DNA from: Minisyncoccota bacterium
GTDB taxonomy: Bacteria > Patescibacteriota > Minisyncoccia > Phycocordibacterales > SBAW01
Direction of reading: 5' to 3'
DNA length: 64,000 nt
Assembly: GCA_035546615.1 (NCBI GenBank)
Contig: DASZWM010000003.1
Location: 92,902 to 156,901, forward strand
Below the pieces are notes generated by a model, which ran no database searches, was not told the origin of the DNA, and saw nothing but the letters and a program-made list of their open reading frames with translations. Position numbers and translations under genes: made by a program. This document shows positions 12,322 through 22,427 of the stretch, in pieces (the stretch's first letter is position 1; the number at the start of each line of letters is the position of its first letter).

Positions 12322-12873
12322 TTAATGGAGCCAGTAGGTCCGGATAGAAAGCGTGTAGTCGCTGAGGCCGGTTTCCGTCGCGGCGAACTTTATCTCCTCC
12401 ACGTCCACGACGCGCAGACTGTGCTCGAGGTCCTGCAGGAACGCGAGGAAGTCGTCGTACGACGCCGAGAGCGTGAATCCGAGCGACACCGACCCTATCG
12501 CGTCTCCCGACGCCCCGACCGCGGCGGCGCTGCGCGCGGAGGCCGCGTCGGAAACGCTCCCGAGCTGCACATTCTTGAGGCTGAGCCCGTGGCGCGCGGC
12601 GATGTTGTTTATGTCGATGATGAGGTGGATATTGTCCACGTTGTCCGGGAGTATCTCCTCGAGCCGGTCCTTGTTCTCGACCGAGAAGGTGTTGAACGCC
12701 GCGGTCTTCTGGTCGCGTATCTTGCGCAGCTCCTGCGACTTGTCGAGCGCTTCGTCGTACGTCTTCACTTCCGCCTGGAGGCTCTTGGTGCTTTGATAGG
12801 TCGGATTGGTATACATAACGAAGAGGCCGATTGCGGCCAGGACGAGGAGGATGGGCAGTGCGAGTCTGGTCAT
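12322..12873 (-). CDS. pilO: PilO-like pilus assembly protein
   Basis: 183 aa, N-terminal TM + coiled coil, operon position after pilN. Confidence 0.5.
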   Translation of the reverse strand: MTRLALPILLVLAAIGLFVMYTNPTYQSTKSLQAEVKTYDEALDKSQELRKIRDQKTAAFNTFSVENKDRLEEILPDNVDNIHLIIDINNIAARHGLSLKNVQLGSVSDAASARSAAAVGASGDAIGSVSLGFTLSASYDDFLAFLQDLEHSLRVVDVEEIKFAATETGLSDYTLSIRTYWLH

Positions 12874-12877
12874 GATG

Positions 12878-13561
12878 TTATTGGGCGGCTTTTGGCGCTC
12901 CTGACGAAGGGGGCGTTGTGGAGGCGGCCGGAGCCGCGGGCGTCTGGGGCGCGGCGGTTTCCGCCGGGGGCAGCGACTGCGGCGCGGCGAGGTTCTTGGC
13001 GTATGAGATGAGCGCGGAATCCACCGTAGCCGTTACATGGAACGATACGGCGCCGCTATCTTTTATCGCGATGTCCGAGAAGAGGAGGTCCTTGAGCACC
13101 TTGCTCGCGCCGAACTGGTCGGATTGGAGCGCCACGCCGGAGAAGCTGTCGGCCACGCCGGAGAGAGTGATGTCAGCCGACCCGTCGTCCTTCAGCTCGT
13201 AGGAGAATTCCGTCAGCTGGACGCTTTCAAGCGTCTGCTGCGCGAGGAAGTAGAAGATCGCCGAAGGGGCGATGTGCTTGTTGAGGACCGCGCGGGCCTG
13301 GGTCAGGCGGGTATCGAACCGCACGAGCAATTGGATGCTGGGCAGGTCAAACGCCTCCTGGTACTTAACCAACGAGTCCTTTTTGTCCTGGAGCGACTTG
13401 TCGAGCAGGCGCGTATACGCGAAGGCGCCGCCCGCGGCCGCGATGGATGCGACGAAGAAGAGCACGGCTATAAGGAGAATGAGGCCGGAGAAGCCGCGCA
13501 CGCCGCGCGCCTCGACAAGCGGCTTCTTGGGTATGAACGATGCCTGGAGCGAAGGATCCAT
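12878..13561 (-). CDS. pilN: PilN-like fimbrial assembly protein
   Basis: 227 aa, N-terminal TM, Pro/Ala/Thr-rich C-terminal tail, follows pilM. Confidence 0.5.
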   Translation of the reverse strand: MDPSLQASFIPKKPLVEARGVRGFSGLILLIAVLFFVASIAAAGGAFAYTRLLDKSLQDKKDSLVKYQEAFDLPSIQLLVRFDTRLTQARAVLNKHIAPSAIFYFLAQQTLESVQLTEFSYELKDDGSADITLSGVADSFSGVALQSDQFGASKVLKDLLFSDIAIKDSGAVSFHVTATVDSALISYAKNLAAPQSLPPAETAAPQTPAAPAASTTPPSSGAPKAAQ

Positions 13562-13659
13562 CTTGGGCTTAATTATATAGTATGAAAAAACATCGCATGA
13601 GAGCTATCAACAAGCGAGTTCGCGCAGTTGATAGCAAATTAAATAGTCAACATGGTCTT

Positions 13660-14769
13660 TTATCCGACTTCCTGCAGCCGTCTGAGCGCCAGCCCCACCG
13701 CCACCGCAAACTCCGGTCCCGCTTCTTTCAGTATGCCTTCGAGGAAGGCGGGCGCCTGGGTCTTTCCGAACGGGTCGGCGAGCCGTATCTCGTTGGGAAT
13801 CTTGCTTTGGGCGAATTCCTTGAAGCCTTTCAGCGCCGCTCCCCCGCCGGTCGCTACCAGAGTGCTCAGGGTCTGGTTGGTGCGCTGCTCGTAGCCGACT
13901 ATTGTGCGCGAGAGCTCGGAGAGAAGCGGCGCCAGCGACAGCTCGAAGGACTGCACCAGCTGCGCCGTTACCTCGTTCTGCTGGGCGGCCGTGGGCGCGA
14001 GGCCGACCTTCCTCTTTCTCTCCTCGGCCTCCATGACCGAAATGTTGAGCGCGCGCGAAGCGGCGAGCGTGAGGTTCTGCGAGCCCTGGTTGATGATATG
14101 GCTCTCGTGTATGAGCCCGCGCTCGACGACATAGAACTTCGTCGTCGCCGCGCCCATGTCAACGACCGCCACCGGCGCCAGGCCGTGCTCGAGCGCCGCG
14201 CGCACCGCGCTGAAGACCTCTATTTCGAAAAACGCCACCGCAAGCGCCGCGTCGGAGGCTATTGCGCGGAACTTCGCGATGGTGTCGTTATGTATCGCCA
14301 CCAGGAGCACTTCTATCTTGTCCTGCTCTCCCTTGGCGGCGGCCTTGTCGTTGCCGACCACGAACCAATCGAGCAGGACTTCGTTTATGGGCACCGGGAT
14401 ATACTTGCGCGCCTCGATAGGCACGACCTGCGCCAGCTGCTTCTCGACCGTAGCGGGGAGCTTAATGATGGAAATGAGGCTCGAGGAGTACGGAATGGAT
14501 ATCGCCGCGTCGGCAGTGGTGACATTGGCCTCGCGGATGACATCCTTGAGCGCTTCTGATATCTTGTCGGCCGGAAGCGAGGTCGCGCGGCCTATCTCCA
14601 CCCCCGCATAGGGGCCGAGCGATATCGCGCCGTAGGTTTCCAGTATCACCTTCCCCTTCTCGCGCCTCAGCTGCACGACCTTTATGGCCGAGGTACCGAT
14701 ATCCACCCCAAGCACGCTATGCGCTTCCTGCGAGAACATTTTAGAGAAATCAGGGATAGAGAACGCCAT
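13660..14769 (-). CDS. pilM: Type IV pilus assembly ATPase-fold protein PilM (actin-like)
   Basis: 369 aa, N-terminal GVDIGTSAIKVV actin/Hsp70-fold phosphate-1 motif, first gene of pilMNO. Confidence 0.75.
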   Translation of the reverse strand: MAFSIPDFSKMFSQEAHSVLGVDIGTSAIKVVQLRREKGKVILETYGAISLGPYAGVEIGRATSLPADKISEALKDVIREANVTTADAAISIPYSSSLISIIKLPATVEKQLAQVVPIEARKYIPVPINEVLLDWFVVGNDKAAAKGEQDKIEVLLVAIHNDTIAKFRAIASDAALAVAFFEIEVFSAVRAALEHGLAPVAVVDMGAATTKFYVVERGLIHESHIINQGSQNLTLAASRALNISVMEAEERKRKVGLAPTAAQQNEVTAQLVQSFELSLAPLLSELSRTIVGYEQRTNQTLSTLVATGGGAALKGFKEFAQSKIPNEIRLADPFGKTQAPAFLEGILKEAGPEFAVAVGLALRRLQEVG

Positions 14770-14807
14770 ATAGAAGAATATCTTCCTTATTATACCATTT
14801 TATATCC

Positions 14808-15419
14808 ATGCTTCGCGCGATTTCCTCATTGTTTGCCTCTTTGGTCGGCCTGCTTATCCCGCCGCGGCGCAACGAGCGGGTCGTTGCGGCGATGACGCTC
14901 GATGATCTGGAGCAATTGCGCGCCGAGGACGGGCTTCCTTATCGCGACGAGCGCGTCAGGGCGTTTATATGGGAGCTTAAATACAACAAAAACCCCCACG
15001 CGCTCAGGCTTGCGGGCGAATTCCTGGCCGAAGACCTGCTCGGCATCGCCGAAGAAGAGCTGGGCCGGCCGCTGTTGGTGCCTATTCCCATGCATGCAAC
15101 AAGGAGGCGCGAGCGCGGGCACAATCAGACCGAAGCTTTATGCGAAGCGGCGCTCGCATTCGTGAACGATTCATTCGAGTACATGCCGAACGCGCTTGCG
15201 CGCATAGCACATACGCCGCCTCAGCAGGGACTTCCCCGCCGCAAGCGGCTTGAAAACCTTATCGGCTCGATGCAGGCAAATGCAGATGCGGTTCGGGGCC
15301 GCGTATGCGTCGTCATGGACGACGTTTCTACGACGGGCGCCACGTTTGCGGAAGCCAAACGCGCCCTGCGCGAAGCCGGCGCCAAGCGCGTGCACCCGGT
15401 CGCGCTTGCTCGCTCCTAA
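14808..15419 (+). CDS. ComF-family phosphoribosyltransferase (ComFC-like), N-terminal zinc-finger absent
   Basis: C-terminal PRTase motif VCVVMDDVSTTGATF; no CxxC pairs at N-terminus. Confidence 0.6.
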   Translation: MLRAISSLFASLVGLLIPPRRNERVVAAMTLDDLEQLRAEDGLPYRDERVRAFIWELKYNKNPHALRLAGEFLAEDLLGIAEEELGRPLLVPIPMHATRRRERGHNQTEALCEAALAFVNDSFEYMPNALARIAHTPPQQGLPRRKRLENLIGSMQANADAVRGRVCVVMDDVSTTGATFAEAKRALREAGAKRVHPVALARS

Positions 15420-17008
15420 TCTTCTTCCTCGATAAGGCCCAATTTGATGAGTCGCGCGCGTATGGAGCCCGGCTGGCGGCCGAATTCGCTCGCCAGGCTC
15501 TTTTGCGACTCGTTCGAGAGGAACTTTTCCTTCAGCCGTTCGTCTTCTTCCTTGCTCCACGGCCGATAGGCGTTGGGATGCTTCTGCCTCAGCAGTTCAA
15601 GCTTGCCCGGTCCGGCTTCAGCGGGTTTTTGCGCCGCGACCGGCTCAATAGAACCGCCCGAGGCTTTTATAAAATTGTTCTGCATTACCAGAAGCTCTTG
15701 TGCAGGCATCGCGCCGAAGGCTTGCTGTGCGGCTTCAGAAGCGGCGCGGAACTCCGCATCCTTCTTCCGTATCTCCGGATGCACTTCAAGCGCGCGCTCG
15801 TTGAGGCCGCTCAGGGAAAGCCCCGCAAGCGTGCGTACGCGAGAGAGCGCGACGTATCCCTGCCCGTATTCGAAGGCGCTCGATAGGTCCATATGCGCGG
15901 CATCAAGCGACATGCCCTGGCTTTTATGCACCGTCATCGCCCACGCGAGCCTGAGCGGCAGCTGGTGTATGGAGGCCAGCGTCTTTCCGCCGTCGTCTAT
16001 GCGCCATTCGGCAGGCTCCACCACCATGGTGCGGCCGCTATGCGTCCTAACCGTCGGGTAGCCGGTCTCTTTTGCAAAACCCGTCACGACGCCAAGCGTG
16101 CCGTTCACGTACGCGCGGCCCGCGATATCGTTCTTGGTAAACATTACTTTGGCGCCCGGCTTGAGCGAAAGCGTTTCGGGCGACAGGCAGCCGCGCTTAA
16201 GCGCCTCCACGAGCCGGTCGCTGCCGCGGCTTGTCATCGTGAATACGCGCGAGGTCTCAGGAATTTTCCCAAGCTCCGCATCGTTTATCTGATTCACGTC
16301 GGCATTGTGCGAGAACAGCTGCGTGCGGCCCGGCTCCGCCTTTGCGGCGCGGCGCGCCTGAAGCATTTCGCGGTGCGTTTCGTCCACGTCCCCGCTGCGA
16401 ATAGCCGAAAGTATGCCGAGAAAGTCGTCGTCTTCCTGCCGGTGCTGTTCGGAGATGTAGCAGACTATCGGATTAAGCGTTTTCCAAGCATTAGAGGTGA
16501 AAGCGAATTGCGTCTGCGAGGCCGCGGCGACAAACATATCGCCCTCCTCGTTGCTCGCTTCTTCCCTGGGAGTGACCGGCGGCAGCTGGAAGAAGTCGCC
16601 TACCAAAAGCACCTGGAGCCCGCCGAAGGGCTTCGGATTCATCCGCACTTCCCTGCACACGGCCTCCACCATCGCGAAGGTTTGGGACGAGAGCATCGAT
16701 ATCTCGTCGATTATCAGAATCTTCGTATCGCGGATGCGCTTGGCAACGCGCTCGTTCTGCGAGATGCGGTCAAGCTCGTATGCAGAGAGCGTTCGCTTGA
16801 TGCCAATGCCGCTCCACGAATGTATGGTGTAGCCGCCGATGTGCGTCGCCGCAATTCCTGTGGAGGCGGTGATGGCGGGCTCAATGCCCCGCTCGCGCAG
16901 CCACTTCACGTATTCGTTGACAGTGTGCGTCTTGCCGGAGCCGGGCTCGCCGGTCAAGAAAACATTCGCGCCGGTCTTTAAAATAGTCAGTGCTTCCTGC
17001 TGGGTCAT
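15416..17008 (-). CDS. PIF1/RecD-like AAA_30 ATP-dependent DNA helicase with C-terminal HTH
   Basis: Walker A GEPGSGKTH, DEISML, VGDFFQLPPV motifs; start taken at MTQQEAL. Confidence 0.7.
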   Translation of the reverse strand: MTQQEALTILKTGANVFLTGEPGSGKTHTVNEYVKWLRERGIEPAITASTGIAATHIGGYTIHSWSGIGIKRTLSAYELDRISQNERVAKRIRDTKILIIDEISMLSSQTFAMVEAVCREVRMNPKPFGGLQVLLVGDFFQLPPVTPREEASNEEGDMFVAAASQTQFAFTSNAWKTLNPIVCYISEQHRQEDDDFLGILSAIRSGDVDETHREMLQARRAAKAEPGRTQLFSHNADVNQINDAELGKIPETSRVFTMTSRGSDRLVEALKRGCLSPETLSLKPGAKVMFTKNDIAGRAYVNGTLGVVTGFAKETGYPTVRTHSGRTMVVEPAEWRIDDGGKTLASIHQLPLRLAWAMTVHKSQGMSLDAAHMDLSSAFEYGQGYVALSRVRTLAGLSLSGLNERALEVHPEIRKKDAEFRAASEAAQQAFGAMPAQELLVMQNNFIKASGGSIEPVAAQKPAEAGPGKLELLRQKHPNAYRPWSKEEDERLKEKFLSNESQKSLASEFGRQPGSIRARLIKLGLIEEED

Positions 17009-17058
17009 CAGGCTATTGTATGTGCCTAAGCCAAGAGCGCAAACTTGTGTACACAAAT

Positions 17059-17505
17059 CTAGCCGAATATCTTTTCCTCTTTAAGTATCTTCACGATGCG
17101 GCCGCGCAGGCCGAACATGCGCGACAGAAGCGCCGATGATACGAAGGCGAACGTTATCGCCGTCGCGTCCAAACCGGTGTGGACGACGTCAAAAAATACC
17201 GCGCGGCTTACCTCAAACACAATATATGCCACGAGCACGAACCACCCTATCTTGTCGATGCGGCCCACGACCCGCTGCCCGTCTTCATTCCAAGACAAAT
17301 GAAATATGCGGCTGGTGAACCAGCCAACGACAGTGCCGACCGCAATTGACGCCAGAGCCACAGGCACTGTAATGGCGCCCTGCACAATATCCCATCCTAC
17401 GACCGCAAGCGTGATGCCGCCGATTATAAAGAACATGCGGAGGCGGCGCTGGAGCGTCGGGTGCACATGATGCCGGAAATCCTTCCGGCCGTGAGTATAG
17501 AGCAT
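17059..17505 (-). CDS. Hypothetical membrane protein
   Basis: 148 aa, several predicted TM segments. Confidence 0.4.
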   Translation of the reverse strand: MLYTHGRKDFRHHVHPTLQRRLRMFFIIGGITLAVVGWDIVQGAITVPVALASIAVGTVVGWFTSRIFHLSWNEDGQRVVGRIDKIGWFVLVAYIVFEVSRAVFFDVVHTGLDATAITFAFVSSALLSRMFGLRGRIVKILKEEKIFG

Positions 17506-17532
17506 CTATCTATTATAGCATTTTGCCCAAAT

Positions 17533-17619
17533 GCGGAGGCGGAAGGATTCGAACCTTCGGTCCAGTTTCCCGGACAACAACTTAGCAGGTTGCTGCATTC
17601 GACCGCTCTGCCACGCCTC
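17533..17619 (-). tRNA. tRNA-Ser (anticodon GCU), long variable arm
   Basis: Manual fold: acceptor GGAGGCG/CGCCUCC, anticodon loop CUGCUAA, variable arm GUCCGGGAAACUGGAC, T-loop GGUUCGAAUCC; CCA not encoded. Confidence 0.8.
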
Positions 17620-17634
17620 CGTTACCTCAACACC

Positions 17635-18936
17635 TTACAACAAATTCTCCCTTGACGCACCCCGTTTGCGCTCTTCTTTTACATGACGGTACAGTGTTAG
17701 CAACTCATCCGCAATGCGTGCGCTTCGGAACCGCTCCGACGTCTGTTGGGCGGCGGCGGCCATTGCCAGCCGCTTATCGGTATCGCCAAGCAGTTCTCTC
17801 GCCCGCTCTTCCGCTTCCTTCTCCGTCGATACCAGGAACCCGTTCCTCCCGTCTTCTATTATTTCCGGAGCTACGCCGACGGCGAAAGAAATAGGTACCA
17901 GTCCCTGCGACATGCCTTCTATCAAGCTGAGCGAAAAGCCTTCGTACCGGGAGGAAAGGAACAGGATGCTGCCGAAGAGCGGGGCAAGCGCGCCCGGAAT
18001 CAGGTCTTTGCGCAAATTCACAAACATATGATGCTTGGGAAAAGAGACTCGCAACCACTCTTTAAGCTTGCGGTTGGTCGTCATGCAGACCGTCGTTTTT
18101 GGAACATCCGGAAAAGCGCGGAAAAAGGCGACCAAGCGAGACAAGCCTTTTAGTTTTAGCGTAAAAACGTCATTGCCCAGCCGACCGAGAAATACCAGAT
18201 GGGGAGGCTGCGCGGCAACGGTACGCCTCGATTCGAACCAGTAATCCTCGATGGCATTATGGATGACGTGGATCCGTTCGGACGGAATATCCATAGCAAT
18301 AAGCTCATCTCTTACTTTCTGGGAAGTGGCGATGCAGGCGGCCGCGCGAGAAGCGGTCAAGGCTTCCACGTCCGCCACATCCTCCATCGGGCGAAATGTT
18401 TTAAGTTCTATTTCTGGAATGATTTGAAGCGCTGTTAACTCTCTAAATACCGCTTTCTCATGCCGCGGAAGCAGTTTCGTCTGGGGAACGGAATCAAGAT
18501 ATCCGCGAACGGTAGAGCCGAAATGACAAATGATGGGCGTAGTAAAAGAAGTGAACGGAAGTGGCGTATATGTTGTGCCTTGAATGATGTCGTATTTGAG
18601 CATCGCGTCTTTATGCTCAAGCATCGAATAGAAGAAGAGAATGTTCGCTATGCCGCGCAGGTGCACAGGAGCGTCGGTCAGCTGGTGTCGGGGGTAAAAA
18701 TTCTTGATCTGCACTCCGCGCGCGGCAAGCGCCCGGGCCATAAGGCGGTTTATCTGCGCGGCTCCGGTATGCATGCCGGCATGTACGCGCTTTTCGTTAT
18801 GGATAAAAGCGACTTTTATGCCGCTGCGCCGGACAGTTTTGGGCAACGGCTCAGCCTTATCCGAAGAAAACCGCCGAAGCAGGGAGCGGGTGGCGCGGAA
18901 GGCCCGCCGCTGAAGACCATGTCCCCATTCTTGCAT
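17635..18936 (-). CDS. Glycosyltransferase family 4 (GT1 fold); true start probably internal (possible TTG near 18846)
   Basis: Retaining GT-B motifs (EGFSLSLIEGMSQGLVPI); N-terminal 40 aa of ORF look non-native. Confidence 0.65.
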   Translation of the reverse strand: MQEWGHGLQRRAFRATRSLLRRFSSDKAEPLPKTVRRSGIKVAFIHNEKRVHAGMHTGAAQINRLMARALAARGVQIKNFYPRHQLTDAPVHLRGIANILFFYSMLEHKDAMLKYDIIQGTTYTPLPFTSFTTPIICHFGSTVRGYLDSVPQTKLLPRHEKAVFRELTALQIIPEIELKTFRPMEDVADVEALTASRAAACIATSQKVRDELIAMDIPSERIHVIHNAIEDYWFESRRTVAAQPPHLVFLGRLGNDVFTLKLKGLSRLVAFFRAFPDVPKTTVCMTTNRKLKEWLRVSFPKHHMFVNLRKDLIPGALAPLFGSILFLSSRYEGFSLSLIEGMSQGLVPISFAVGVAPEIIEDGRNGFLVSTEKEAEERARELLGDTDKRLAMAAAAQQTSERFRSARIADELLTLYRHVKEERKRGASRENLL

Positions 18937-18981
18937 TATATTCGGTTATACCACAGCCTCATCAGGCAGGAAATCGGAGAT

Positions 18982-19272
18982 CTACAAAAACTTCTCGCCG
19001 TAGCGGCGCATGGCATTTTCCACCATCTTGAGCCCCTCCCCTTTGCGGGTCGCGGCATAGGCGCCGCTGCGCAGCTTACGCACTATCCGCTCGTCTTCGA
19101 GCTTCTTGAGCTTGAGGGCCAACGTGCGCGTTGAGATGCCGGAGAGTTCGCGCTCAAGCTCGCAGAAATGGAGCGGCCCTTCCAAAAGGGCGTGCGCGAT
19201 GAGCATGGTCCAGGTGTCGGAGAGCATCCGGGCGGTCTTCGTGATGGGGCAGGTTGTTTTGAGGGGCTTCAT
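18982..19272 (-). CDS. HxlR-family winged-helix transcriptional regulator
   Basis: 96 aa; CPITKTARMLSDTWTMLIAHALLEGPLHFCELEREL matches HxlR/DUF24 signature. Confidence 0.7.
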   Translation of the reverse strand: MKPLKTTCPITKTARMLSDTWTMLIAHALLEGPLHFCELERELSGISTRTLALKLKKLEDERIVRKLRSGAYAATRKGEGLKMVENAMRRYGEKFL

Positions 19273-19310
19273 GGCCTGTACACCTATTATAGCATAGGTC
19301 GGAGTTAATA

Positions 19311-19333
19311 AGTACTTTACTTTGTAAAGTACT
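19311..19333. promoter_or_regulatory. Perfect 10-bp inverted repeat in divergent HxlR/LUD intergenic region (candidate operator)
   Basis: AGTACTTTAC-TTT-GTAAAGTACT. Confidence 0.4.
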
Positions 19334-19373
19334 AGTTGATATACTGGACGTCTATTTATAACTCATAACCACT

Positions 19374-19991
19374 ATGGAATATAACGCAATCGCGCCCCGC
19401 GCCGTGCTTGAAAAGACGGTCGAAGCGCTCAAGAGCATGAACGTGGAGGGAATAATCGTGAAGGACCGCTCCGAGGCGCTCGCCAAAATAAAGGAGCTTA
19501 TCCCCGCCGGAGCTTCCGTCATGAACGGCGCTTCCAAGACCCTTGAGGAAATCGGCTTCGTCGGCCATCTCAAGTCAGGCGACCACGACTGGCACAACCT
19601 GCACGAGGCAATACTCAGCGAGAAGGACCCTGTCGAGCAGGCAAAGCTCCGGAAAATGTCGGTAGTATCCGACTTCTACCTCGGCAGCGTGCATGCGATC
19701 GCGCAGACCGGCGAAATGGTTATCGTCTCGAACACCGGCAGCCAGCTCCCCCACATCGTCTACACGTCGCCGAACCTTATCTTCGTGGTGGGCGCGAACA
19801 AGGTGATGCCCACGCTCGAGGACGCGCGCAAGCGCGTGGTCGAGCATGTGGTCCCGCTTGAGGACGTGCGGCTTATGGGCGTCTACAACGCGCATACGCA
19901 CCTCTCCAAGGAGCTCATATTCCATTGGGAGAACCCGATGATGGGCCGCAAGGTGCGGGTGCTCTTGGTCGAGGAAGCGCTCGGCTTCTAA
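19374..19991 (+). CDS. LUD-domain (LutC/YkgG-like) protein
   Basis: 205 aa, divergent from HxlR regulator. Confidence 0.6.
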   Translation: MEYNAIAPRAVLEKTVEALKSMNVEGIIVKDRSEALAKIKELIPAGASVMNGASKTLEEIGFVGHLKSGDHDWHNLHEAILSEKDPVEQAKLRKMSVVSDFYLGSVHAIAQTGEMVIVSNTGSQLPHIVYTSPNLIFVVGANKVMPTLEDARKRVVEHVVPLEDVRLMGVYNAHTHLSKELIFHWENPMMGRKVRVLLVEEALGF

Positions 19992-20003
19992 AAAGAAAGC
20001 GTA

Positions 20004-21224
20004 TTAAAAAGGTATGACGGGCAGGCCGGGAACGGCCTGCCCGCTGCCGTCGTTGTCAGAATCGTCGTCTTGCGAGGTAGCGCCTCCCCAACCGCCGATA
20101 GAAGCGTGGACGAAGTCGCCGTCGAACTTGGCGCTCGCCTCAATAAGCGCCTTGAGCTCGATGCCCCCCTTCAGCACCGCGCTGAACATCGCGCGCGCAT
20201 CAGCGTAAGCGCCGTCGCGAAGCTCGCTGTCGCCCACCTTGGCCTGCGTCTCCAGCTGGGCGAGCTGGGACTGCACCTTGTCGGTCGTCGTAGCGTCGAG
20301 CGAGTCGGCAACCTGCGCATAGGCCTTGCGGGCCTGGCTTAGGTCGTACAAAGCTTTCTTCTGAAGCTGCATCGCTATTTTTTTGTCCACGGCGGAAGCC
20401 TGCGCGTCCTCAGCGGATTCCGTATCCGCTTCCAGCGCGGCGGTAGCCGACACATCGTCGGACGTAGTCGCCTCTTCCTCGCCCGGCGCCGCCTCGTTTG
20501 AAAGCATGCTCACCTGCATCTTGGCGGCCATGGGCGCCATGGCCTTTGCCGTGCGCGCGGGAGCGGCGGCCACTGCAAGGTCGGCGTCGCGCGAGCGCAC
20601 GCGCATGGCGAGCGAGTCGGAATTCTCCTGGGTCTGCGTGTCGCGGCTGTCCCGGCCGAGGCTCGCCAAGATGCTTCCATGGGCGGAGAGCGACGAGTCA
20701 AGGGTGAGCTTCGCCTCCACGCCCGCGCTCGGGTCCTTCTCTTCTATCGCCTGCGCGAGCACGTCGGCCTGCGCCACATGCTCTTCGAAGTTGGATGCGA
20801 TCTGCGCGGTCGCCGACGTGTCGAGCCGGCCCTGGGAGGCGAGCGTCTCGGCCTCCTCAAGGCGCTCCTGCGCCACGGACGTGTGGTACGAAAGCTTCGC
20901 TTCGTCGGAAACCGCGAGCGCGCCCGCGACCTTTTCGTTCACATAAATCTTCACCGGGTAGAGAATCCCGCCGGGGAGCGCGCCCTTGGCGGCATAGGCG
21001 GTGGAGCTGCCCAGCACTATCACGAGCACCGCCGCAAGCGCGGTCGCGTATCGCACCGAGAACCAGGAGTACGCGGTGAACACAGCGGCGCGCTGGCGCG
21101 GAGCGGGCGCGTACTTTGCCCCGTCTATTATTTCAAAAATTCGGGCACGCATACCGGCCTTCTCGTCGTGCGAGAGGCGGATATTCTTTGCGGCGCTATT
21201 CAGTTTGTTGAGAGGATTGTTCAT
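20004..21224 (-). CDS. Putative anti-sigma factor / membrane-anchored low-complexity protein
   Basis: N-terminal cytoplasmic segment, one TM, long Ala/Asp/Ser-rich extracytoplasmic domain; 4-nt overlap with upstream ECF sigma. Confidence 0.4.
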   Translation of the reverse strand: MNNPLNKLNSAAKNIRLSHDEKAGMRARIFEIIDGAKYAPAPRQRAAVFTAYSWFSVRYATALAAVLVIVLGSSTAYAAKGALPGGILYPVKIYVNEKVAGALAVSDEAKLSYHTSVAQERLEEAETLASQGRLDTSATAQIASNFEEHVAQADVLAQAIEEKDPSAGVEAKLTLDSSLSAHGSILASLGRDSRDTQTQENSDSLAMRVRSRDADLAVAAAPARTAKAMAPMAAKMQVSMLSNEAAPGEEEATTSDDVSATAALEADTESAEDAQASAVDKKIAMQLQKKALYDLSQARKAYAQVADSLDATTTDKVQSQLAQLETQAKVGDSELRDGAYADARAMFSAVLKGGIELKALIEASAKFDGDFVHASIGGWGGATSQDDDSDNDGSGQAVPGLPVIPF

Positions 21225-21760
21225 GCTGGTTTTTCTTCAGGTTCGAGCGCGGCCTTCAGCTTTTTAAGCCCGCGGTGGATGCGTACCGATACCGCGTTCT
21301 CGTTCTCCCCTATCGACTCCGCTATCTCCTTCGGCGAGAAGCCGTCGACATAGCGCATCGAAAGCACTTCACGATAGGAATCCGGCAGCCCCTTGAGCGC
21401 CTCAAGCGCGCGGGCTCCGTCGAACCGCTCTATCGCCGTTTCAAGGGTATTGGTCTCGTCGGCGGGCACAAGCGCGTCTATGCCGCCGCTTTCCTCGTTC
21501 TTTTCCGCGATGCCCTCAAGCGAGAGGTTCTTGTTCTTGCGGTACTCGTCGATTATAAGGTTGCGCAGCGTGCGATAGAGAAAAGGCCTCAGTTCGCGCA
21601 CCTCGTTGCCTTTGCTCATGTATTCCCAGGTCTTAAGGAACGCCTCCTGGGTAAGCTCGAGCGCCCGCTCGCGGTCGGACAGTCGCAGGGCCGCATGCCG
21701 GAAAAGCTCGTCGCTGTAGCGCTCGTAGGCTTCGCCGAATTGTCCCGCTATGTCCTGCAT
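21221..21760 (-). CDS. ECF-type RNA polymerase sigma factor (sigma-70 regions 2 and 4)
   Basis: 179 aa; region 2 (FLKTWEYM...LYRTLRNLIIDEYR) and region 4 HTH (SPKEIAESIGENENAVSVRIHRGLKKLK). Confidence 0.75.
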   Translation of the reverse strand: MQDIAGQFGEAYERYSDELFRHAALRLSDRERALELTQEAFLKTWEYMSKGNEVRELRPFLYRTLRNLIIDEYRKNKNLSLEGIAEKNEESGGIDALVPADETNTLETAIERFDGARALEALKGLPDSYREVLSMRYVDGFSPKEIAESIGENENAVSVRIHRGLKKLKAALEPEEKPA

Positions 21761-21906
21761 ATATAGACGTATCCGGGCGCCAACCCTTTCACGCGCCCTT
21801 TATTGTAGCGGATTCGGAACATGAAGGCGATTCTTGCCTTTTTCATGCTTCGTAGGGTATACAGGGAGAGGGGCTACGTTCTGTTTGATACAGGAGTCTC
21901 ATAATC

Positions 21907-22362
21907 GTGAATAAAAGCGAAGAGCCGGCTTCCAGTTCGAAGCTGAAGAAGAAGTCTGATGTGGAAGACTGGTGGAGTACCACCGCTGGAGAGCTGAGTT
22001 CTAGGCTCATGCACTTCGGCGAAAAGAAACACCTGACGCGCCTACGCAAGACCGTGAAAGCGGTCGCACGCAACAAGGAGATCGCCGAGGAGCTTGCCCG
22101 GCGCTTCCCCACCAACAGCGCGGCGGAAAAGCGCCGCCTGCATGCGGCAATAGCCGCGCTCGCGATACGCAAGAAGCTATATGTCCGCGGCCGGGCACGG
22201 CTGGACGAGGACACCGCAGCTCTTGCACAGTGGCTCGAGGACAAAACGTTCGACCTCGGACACAAGACCCACGAATGGAGAAAGCAGGAGCGGGACGTCT
22301 ACATCGCTCATCTGCCCCTGCTCTTGGCGCTCCATGAGCGCAAAAACGCCTCCGTGCAATAA
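21907..22362 (+). CDS. Hypothetical basic protein
   Basis: 151-aa ORF, K/R-rich, no recognisable motif. Confidence 0.35.
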   Translation: MNKSEEPASSSKLKKKSDVEDWWSTTAGELSSRLMHFGEKKHLTRLRKTVKAVARNKEIAEELARRFPTNSAAEKRRLHAAIAALAIRKKLYVRGRARLDEDTAALAQWLEDKTFDLGHKTHEWRKQERDVYIAHLPLLLALHERKNASVQ

Positions 22363-22427
22363 AGAAGAGCCGCTGCGGAAACGCGGCGGCTCTCTACTTT
22401 TTATATGCGGATGAGTACAATACCCCT

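Noticed and set aside
15893-16981. 362-aa + strand ORF
   Set aside because: Antisense to the PIF1/RecD-like helicase, which carries clear Walker motifs.
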